Origin: Lama guanicoe
Lineage: Eukaryota
Direction: 5' to 3'
Assembly (NCBI GenBank): GCA_013239625.1
Contig: MU053859.1
Location: 124,001 to 151,021 of the forward strand
Length of the DNA: 27,021 nt
The translations under genes were made by a program, and so were the position numbers. The notes beneath the pieces are model-generated. The model saw only the letters and a program-made list of their open reading frames with translations, did no database searches and had not been told where the DNA came from. Positions within the stretch are counted from its first letter, which is position 1. Each line of letters opens with the position of its first letter. This document shows positions 19,811-27,021 of the stretch, piece after piece.

Positions 19811-20760
19811 TTCTTACAAAACATCTGATCTATCCAAAGCATCCATTGAGACATTTGGGCCATGATTCATTAAATAATACAAACATTAACTTTGTTAAAA
19901 TTTTGTGTTTTTATTATTATAATTCATGACAAATTTTAGATTTCACATTTATCCTTGCTCTTTCTCAAATGAAGTTTGGCAGGGTTACTCCTAAATCCAT
20001 GAGCAATTTTTCTCAATTGTTGGTTTTTTGTTTGCTCTGTTAACAATTTTGTATATACAAATTTGATTTTGTCATTATTTTCGTGACTGTGGTGGCCATA
20101 TTTGAATGTGACCACTAAGAACCTGGGTGATAACTTGTTCATTGCTTTGCTGTTGATCTTTCAACACTTCAGTGGATCTCCAAATTGAAGAATAATGCAC
20201 TACCATCAGCTCTTGAATTTTGCCAGCCTTCTGCTGAGTTGTTCTTCCTGTGATCACTGTTCAGTACTGACGTATAAACATTCTAAATTCCTGGTAGAAA
20301 TCTTGGAACTTTTGATCTTCTTCTGCCCCCACCATGCTGTCCATGGACATACACTCTCTCAGCATAATCCATTAGATTGTCTAAATTCTCTTCTGCATTC
20401 TCCACAATGTACTCACAACTTTCATTTACATCTTCTAAAGGCACAAGTGGAAGCCCAAACAATATGGTGCACACTTACGGGTTAACCATTGTCATAAACT
20501 CACATGTCAGACCCAAAGACTTTATATATATACATACATACATATAGCCACAGTGATTGTGAAAAGTGAAACAAGCATTCTTTACTTGCTCATTTTGTAG
20601 GAGCAGTCAAATTGTGTTTGTATTTGCATACAAAATCCATCATGCACATTGAAGGGTTAATGTCGAGATTTCTTTCCTGTGCAAATACAGATATTTTCTT
20701 ATATACATATGTAAGTCTTGTCTTACCTTTTCATTGTTAGTGCATAAATCAACGGAACAT
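19811..20760 (-). mobile_element. Fossil Mutator-like (MULE/MuDR) DNA transposon fragment with disrupted transposase
   Basis: Minus-strand translation across stops and frameshifts: VPLIYALTMKR*DKTY (from 20758), NPSMCMMDF (Asp 20637-20635), CLFHFSQSLW (CxxH 20577-20566), GLPLVPLEDV...LMDYAERVYVHG...PRFLPGI*NVYTSVLNSDHRKNNSAEGW (Glu 20231-20229), HYSSIWRSTEVLKDQQ, LRKIA. These are MULE transposase motifs in the expected order. Confidence 0.85.
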
Positions 20761-21098
20761 CATAGGTTCACTGCCCTAAAAGAAGCCCCTGTGTTTCACT
20801 TTCCAACCCTATCCCTCTCCCAAACTCTGATAATATTTACCTTCTCTACAGTTTTGCCTTATCCAGACATCATATAAATGAAATTATATAGAATAGGGCC
20901 TTTTCAAACTGACTCCTTTCAATAAGAAATATTCATTGAAGATTTATCTATATGTTTTTGTGGCTGGAGAGCTCATTTTTGTTGTTGCTGTTCCCAGCAT
21001 ATGAATGTACCACAGTTTGCTTATCCATTCTCCTCCTGAAGGGCATCTTAGCTGCTTCCAGCTTATGGCAGTTATTATGAACATTCATGTACAGTCTT
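20761..21098 (-). mobile_element. L1MD-type ancient L1 (proximal part, continues the 18800-19810 element)
   Basis: ttcactgccctaaaa...ctacagttttgcctt.tccaga...gtaccacagtttgcttatccattc...gaagggcatct. Confidence 0.8.
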
Positions 21099-21206
21099 CT
21101 GTAGCATTCCATTGTATAAATACATCGCAACTTCTTCATCCAGGCATCTGTCAATGGACATTCAGGTTGCTTCCATGTCTTAGCTATTGCATATAGTGCC
21201 GCTATG
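21099..21206 (-). mobile_element. Short younger L1 ORF2 C-terminal fragment
   Basis: Encodes IAALYAIAKTWKQPECPLTDAWMKKLRCIYTMECY in one open frame; no 3' UTR or poly(A). Confidence 0.85.
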
Positions 21207-22734
21207 CTTCCTGAAGTCGTAGTATTGTGAGAGATAACATCTGTATCTGCGATGAGAAAAACCAACACACAGAAGAGGAGAAAACAAATACGGGAGAAAA
21301 TAATCTGTTGCTCTTGAGACTAAAAAATGTGACTTATACAGAGTATAAGAATATATAACCCAAGTCTTTAGAGAAACTTTTTTTGCCTGAAGCAGAAATC
21401 AAAATTCTTTACTGATAGTTTATGTAGAAGAAGTAATAAGAGTCTAGATCAATTAAAGATGCAGTGAGCCAATGGGAATGTATCAAAAGACTCACTGAAT
21501 GTGTGTTAGTGACCAGAACATCCAGAGAAGTTAAGCCTTCAATTGCTCCTCTCTATGACATTTTATAATTTGAGAACTCGAAACTTCATCATACTATTTT
21601 TTCAACATGGACATTATGTTCCATTCATTCATTTTATTTCAATTTTTTAAAAATTTTAATCGGATGATGGGAGAGTTTGTTTCTGCTTATATGTTAAAAT
21701 TGTTTTAGTCCTTATAAACTATTCAGTTGGAATAATTTAAATGCTTTCCCTCTCATAAAATTATTAAAAATATGTTCTACCTATTTTCTATAATGAATAC
21801 AAACTGACATCACACACATAGAAAGAATGACTGCTTTTAATTATTGGTCTACAGTGAGAGAATCTATAGGATAAGACAGAAACATATGCAACTTTTATTA
21901 CTTAAAATGTTCATTCAGATTCCTGTTTTTGACACATTCAAGCAATGTCTCATAATTTTAAGGAAAAAAATGTATGGATCTGTAAGTCTCATGAGAAATG
22001 AGAATCTGAACTATTGATTTACTTTTTTTTTTTTTTCCTGAGGGAGCAAGTGCAAATAATCTAAGTTGTGGTCCCTGGTCATGATCACATTTTCTGAATG
22101 GTCTTATTAAAGATAATGATGTGGTCATTTGAAACAATACCGATTCCAAATGAAAGTGTTGATTTCTGGGACTCCGAGAAAGGAAGCCCTATTCAGAGGA
22201 CCAGTCCTTTCAATTTCTGTGCAAAGGAAAGACAGCATCTCCTGTTCACATGTAACATAATGTTATTCAACCCTGATCCTCAGAGGAAAGCAGAGCTCAG
22301 CCACAAGCAATACAGGATTGGGTCACTCAACTCGCCATTTGTTTTTGTGTGTGTGTGTGTATGTCTGTGTATGTGTTTGCTGATGAAAACATAATACAAC
22401 TGAAAATACACTGTGAGCTAATAGAGCTAAACCATTTTTAGAATTGTGCCTCATAATTCCTCTGGCAATAATCTGTTAACAGAAAAATCTGAGCTGTTGA
22501 CCCTGGGATATTTCAAAAAGTGACATATGGCAATATACATTTTGGGAGGGTTTTTTTGTTTATTTTTTTATTTTTTATTAAACAGTGTTGTAAAAAGTGT
22601 TTCTGCACCTACTGAAGTACATGGCTGTGCATCATAGACTTTGAGAGTGCAAGGAGATAATTAAATGAACCAAATTCATAACTTTGGAGCTGAAATCAAC
22701 CATAGATAGAAGCCTTGTTCCAAATTTGTCATCA

Positions 22735-22880
22735 CAGCCTTTAAAAAGTTCAGATTCCTGGTTCCCAACCCCCAAAATTATAATCCAATAGATTTGGGGT
22801 GGTGCGTGGGAATGTATATTTTAAACAAAAGCTCCCCAGATCATCTTGACACACATTGTAACTGGGAGGCATTGGTCGAA
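22735..22880. mobile_element. MER5-type hAT-Charlie MITE
   Basis: cagattcctggttccc...gatttggggtgg...gggaatgtatattttaaacaa..gctcccca. Confidence 0.75.
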
Positions 22881-23244
22881 ATGAACAGTTCAGTTTTGAA
22901 AATGAAAAAATTATATCTTCTGATGTTAACTGCTCACCCAGACAATTGTAATAAAGAAGAAACTGAAACACAGCCTCCAGCACTCTTTCTAGCATACAAA
23001 ATTACTCTATTACTGACTCTTTTTCTAACGGATATAATTTGACAAAAAATGAAATTGATAGCTCACAAGAAAAGTTAAGTGAAGGTAACTATCTTGTTAG
23101 TTTTATTCCTCTAAATATCTCCAACTTGACTAGCTGGGTCATACACCAGGTCCTGTTTCATTAAGCACCCAAATCACAATATCCCAAGTTCCATCCCACT
23201 TTACTGAATACAGAAGAAAATCAGTATTTACCAATTTCACTTTC

Positions 23245-23430
23245 CTGAATATTTAAAAAAGAATCAATGACAATTCTTCTCAAGCTTTTCCCAAAAATTT
23301 AAGAGGAAGGAACCCACCCAAATTTATTTTATGAGGCCAGAATTACTCTGATACCAAAGCCATAAAAAGACAATACAAGAAAAGAAAATTACAGACCAAT
23401 ATCCCTGGTGAATATAGATGCAAAAATTAG
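23245..23430 (+). mobile_element. L1 ORF2 fragment (Z-segment/RT-proximal), disrupted
   Basis: [58 protein letters not shown]. Confidence 0.9.
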
Positions 23431-24100
23431 AAAAGATACCTGCAACACACAGTGTTTAAAGAGAATCTCCAAGTATATTAAAATAAAACACCAAGAAAAC
23501 ATAGGATAAGGAACACTCACAAGCAAGAACTGGGCAAAACACTTGAAAAGGCTTTCACAACAATTGATATTTAAATAACTAGTACACATGAAAAAAGATG
23601 GTGATTCTTGGTATAATCAGGAAAAAATGCAAAATTTAGGAACCTTGAGATAGCATTATATAGCTTTCAGATTGGCAAAATGTAGCCCATCTAACACAAC
23701 CAACTATCACAGAGATTGTGAAGCAACAGCAACAATGACCTATCGTGGGTGGAGATGTGCAACCATTTTGGAAAACACTTTAAGTGTTATCTAGTAAAAT
23801 AATAGAAACACATTCCCAAGGAACAAGAAAATCTAAGCCTTTTTCCTAGAAAAGCTAGTGATGGAATTGTGATTATGTTTACCAAGACACATATGAAGAA
23901 TATTCATTGTAGCTGTTTTCCTTTAAAGCCTCAACGAACAAAAAACACCTGAATTGTCCATCAAAAGAATTATTTTAATTACTGTTGCAGTAATTAAAAG
24001 TGATGATCTGCATAGCTACATGTAACCACAAAATAGATGTCAGGACAGAGATAGAGACGAATGCCGGTGGGAAGAGGGTTAGTGGTAGCCAATGCTGTGT
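23431..24100 (+). mobile_element. Ancient L1M (L1ME-like) ORF2 3' remnant
   Basis: tgggcaaaacacttgaa...ttcac, cagattggcaaaa, aaccattttggaaaaca, gaatattcattgtagc, tgtccatcaa. Confidence 0.7.
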
Positions 24101-24249
24101 CAGTTATCAGTGAATAATTTTTCTTCTATCGCTGTTAACATTTATTGCTTTCTTACACAACCTCGTAACGACAGCCATTTTGCGAATGAAAGTTTGGAGA
24201 ATGGGGGCTTTTTGTATATGTTAAAGTTGTAGATGTTTTAATGTGATAA

Positions 24250-24395
24250 AGTCAAGAGAGACTTCATTATTTCCACTATAGTTGACTTAGGTTACATAAT
24301 TTGTTTAAAGTCACAGAATCAGAATAACGTAGCAGAGATTTGTACCCAAATTTGTAACTGCACCAAAGTTCTGTTTAATCTAATGTATTATACTG
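24250..24395 (-). mobile_element. MIR fragment
   Basis: aggttacataatttgtttaaagtcacag...agcagagatttgtacccaaat. Confidence 0.55.
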
Positions 24396-24409
24396 CCCCC
24401 TAGTGGTGT
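24391..24409 (-). promoter_or_regulatory. CTCF binding motif
   Basis: Minus strand reads CACCACTAGGGGGCAGTA, a near-consensus CTCF core (CCACYAGRGGGCRS). Confidence 0.7.
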
Positions 24410-24624
24410 GAACCTACATTCACAGGCATCTGTAAGTGAAATTATGTAATTTTCCCTTTTTTGAGGACTTGGGAAGATTGAAGATCTATTTACTTATCCA
24501 TCATCAAAGTAATTTTTTTACTTTTAAAAAAAATTCATATACTTCTGAATTTGTATAGTTATATGCTTTAGACATGCAAGGAGGAATTAATTATATGAAA
24601 GGTTAACATGTATAGTGTTTGTGT

Positions 24625-24815
24625 TTTCTGAGGCATTGTACTATGTATCCTAAAACTTATGAAACTATTATTATTCCTACTTTAGTAGTGAAATGAATGA
24701 CTCTCAGAGAGCCTATGTAACTTGCCTATATTGTATGGCTAACCATGGCCAAGTCAAAGCTCACGTGCATTTGTTCATCACCAAAGCCCATCTTTGTAAT
24801 CATGAACTACACTAC
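24625..24815 (-). mobile_element. MIR SINE
   Basis: actattattattcctacttt...ctcagagag...gtaacttgcc...ccaaagccca. Confidence 0.7.
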
Positions 24816-26590
24816 ATAGTATAGTTTTTCCCTAATTAGAATTTTTGTCAAGGTTCTATTCTTTCACTGCCTGATTAATGCTTCTCCAACACAGTATCTT
24901 CAGACTGACCACAAGCATCAGATCTTTTGAAATCAACTCTTAGGTAACACCTCGTTCAGATACTCATTTGTGTAAACATAACAAATAAACAAATATCTGA
25001 TTAATGCCTATGATCTGTAACTGTCTGAAGTAACTGAGAGTTTGTTTTGGAACGTGTGTTGATTTTGCCACTCCACTCTTGACATTGGTGGTGAAAAACT
25101 GATGGTAAAAAAAATTCTTCTCGGGGAGACAGGAGAAGATGGCGGAGTAGAAGGGTCCTCGCAGCTCACCCTCTCCCACAAATACACCAAGACCCACATC
25201 CACAGACCCACTCAGCCAACCAGAGCACCTGCGGATCTCCGACAGAACATCGCCCTCTTCAAAAGATAAAGACGCCCAAAATCTGGTAGGAGAAAAGGCA
25301 AAAAGAAAGGACAAAAGGCAAAGCAGCGCGGGACGGGTCCCGCGGGGAGGGAGCAGCAAAGGAGGACTGGCACTTGCTCGCTGGGTCTCCCCTCTCCAAC
25401 TGAGAGGCCAGCGGGACGGAGTGGGAGCCTCCGAGGCTCGGATCTGTACAGAGCAGCCCTTGTCTGACAGAACAAAGTTAAACGGGCACAGAGCATCCCC
25501 CCGACACCCAGCCTGAGACGCGGGCCGGCAGCGGCGGGCAGGGCCAGGCTGCACAAGCCGGGCGGAGGATGGGGGCGGCTGCACGGAGGCAGCTCTGGGG
25601 GACTGCAAGGGGCTGGGCGCCATGGCTGTGGGTGTACAGGACAGAACAACCTGGGCCCTCCATAAAACAGCAAGGTTGATGTGCTCTCGGGGGAGGGGTG
25701 CACACCCCCATCTCTGAAAACACGCGGAAACTTTTCAGGGGAAGAGAGGCGGGGCCCAGGCGGGGCCGCCATATTCTCAGGCGCTGAGCACCCGAGCGGG
25801 GGCGGGGGCGAAACCTGCATCCGCACCGAAGGGCTCAGCAGCCTCAAGGGCCAGACTGAGACGGGCCTACAGCCCGGGGCAGGTGGGATCCTTCCATCCT
25901 GGTCCTTCAAAGAACTTGCTCCACAAAGACAAACAAGGATCTGGGTCTTGGCTCAGAGCAGGGACGAGGCTGCCCCTCGGTCTTCCCCGAGCCCACCCGC
26001 GGAGCGCGACCAGGGCGGAGCGCGCAGCCGCACAGAGCAGCGGAGCTACCGGTGGCGCAGGTAGAGGGACAGCGGCCCCCCGCCGGTAGGGCAGGAACAC
26101 AGCCCCTGACCGAGGTGCTGGGAGGGGACACGACCCGCCCTCCTGCCTGGCCAGTCTGCAACATCTGACTGCGGCATCCGGAGGGGCAGTGACCCACCCG
26201 CCCGCAGCAGAGGAGAGCTGCACCTGACCCCGTGTTAGGAGGAGGCGCAATCTGCTTGCTGACACGTGCTGGGAGCAGCAAAGAAGAGGGAGCCAACGGA
26301 GGGCCTATGAAAACAAGCTGCGCTTCCAAAACAGGATGAAGGCAGAAAGACTTCACATTAAAAGCACACAGACTCCAGGAGAACACCAACAACACCCCCC
26401 CCTTTTTTTTTAAATCTGTTTTTACCTGTTCTATTTTCTATTACTCTCTTAATTTTTACTTCTTAATTCATTTCTATTTCTATTGGGTATTGATGTCCTG
26501 TTATTGATTAGACACAGGTTTCAAATACATCTATTCATCTCCCGCCCTTCTTTTTTTTTTTTTAAAGGTTTTAAAAGGATGTCTCAACCC

Positions 26591-26613
26591 NNNNNNNNNN
26601 NNNNNNNNNNNNN
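26591..26613. other. Assembly gap
   Basis: Run of N. Confidence 1.
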
Positions 26614-26740
26614 TCTTTCTCCCTTAAAAATCTTTCTCTCTCTCTCTTTTTTCTTTTTTTTTCCCTAAGTTCTATTCCTAAATAGGCATTAGATAGATAA
26701 AATCCTTAAGATCCAAAATAGACAACTGATACTATACTCC

Positions 26741-26893
26741 NNNNNNNNNNNNNNNNNNNNNNNNNNNNNNNNNNNNNNNNNNNNNNNNNNNNNNNNNNNN
26801 NNNNNNNNNNNNNNNNNNNNNNNNNNNNNNNNNNNNNNNNNNNNNNNNNNNNNNNNNNNNNNNNNNNNNNNNNNNNNNNNNNNNNNNNNNNNN
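26741..26893. other. Assembly gap
   Basis: Run of N. Confidence 1.
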
Positions 26894-27021
26894 TTAAGGA
26901 ATTAGATAGTGTTTAGAGATATAAAATGTCAAAAATGAAATTGAAGCTATAAAGAAGAGCCAAGTAGAATGGGTAAACTCATTGACAGAGATAAGGAATG
27001 ATCTAATAGCTGTGCTGTGCA

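Larger units (their letters stand above)
25123..27021 (+). mobile_element. 5' portion of a young LINE-1: CpG-island 5' UTR promoter and start of ORF1, running off the window
   Basis: Abrupt AT-to-GC transition at GGGGAGACAGGAGAAGATGGCGG (YY1 motif 25136-25145), preceded by an A-rich candidate TSD. About 1.2 kb of CpG-rich sequence, then a T-rich UTR segment. After the gap, an ORF1p coiled-coil-like KNEIEAIKKSQVEWVNSLTEIRNDL from 26931, with an in-frame stop just upstream. Confidence 0.88.

Noticed and set aside
20075..20474. MULE ORFs as a domesticated, functional transposase gene
   Set aside because: Multiple stops and frameshifts, a (TA/TACA)n microsatellite within the coding region (about 20523-20545) and a missing N-terminus.
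22347..22378. (GT)n tract, and poly(A) runs elsewhere
   Set aside because: Ordinary short microsatellites.
24964..26395. Long ORFs (219, 232, 162, 132, 127 aa) and a CpG island as a host gene
   Set aside because: Explained by the GC-rich L1 5' UTR. The peptides are low-complexity Pro/Arg/Ala-rich with no domain evidence; an ORF0-like role cannot be supported from sequence alone.
1..27021. CRISPR arrays, tRNA/rRNA genes, prokaryotic systems
   Set aside because: The sequence is mammalian, with spliceosomal introns and mammalian repeats; no repeat-spacer array or structural RNA gene was seen.

Overview
Mammalian genomic DNA from the natural killer gene complex. It is a cetartiodactyl judging by the young L1 3' end; a camelid is plausible because no pig or ruminant SINEs are visible, but that is inference. 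Two C-type lectin-like genes lie tail-to-tail. On the + strand are the last three exons (CTLD) of a CLEC2-family ligand-type gene: join(60..229,1380..1483,2036..2159). On the - strand is a complete, intact six-exon KLRB1/KLRF-like type II receptor of 244 aa: complement(join(18536..18647,17276..17374,16213..16329,11023..11177,10131..10243,8283..8421)). All introns are GT-AG with compatible phases. By eye neither protein looks like the direct orthologue of a human KLRB1/KLRF1/KLRF2 or CLEC2A/B/D gene, so they are a candidate additional linked receptor-ligand pair. The receptor has no canonical ITIM, hemITAM or charged TM residue. Upstream of the receptor, a ~0.9 kb fossil of a Mutator-like (MULE/MuDR) transposase sits inside an old L1MD-type 3' end. 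The rest is MIR, L2, MLT1A, ERV1-type solo LTRs, MER5, L1 fragments, a strong CTCF motif and the CpG-rich 5' end of a young L1 that runs into assembly gaps. Repeat family names are recognised from memory and were not verified by a database search.
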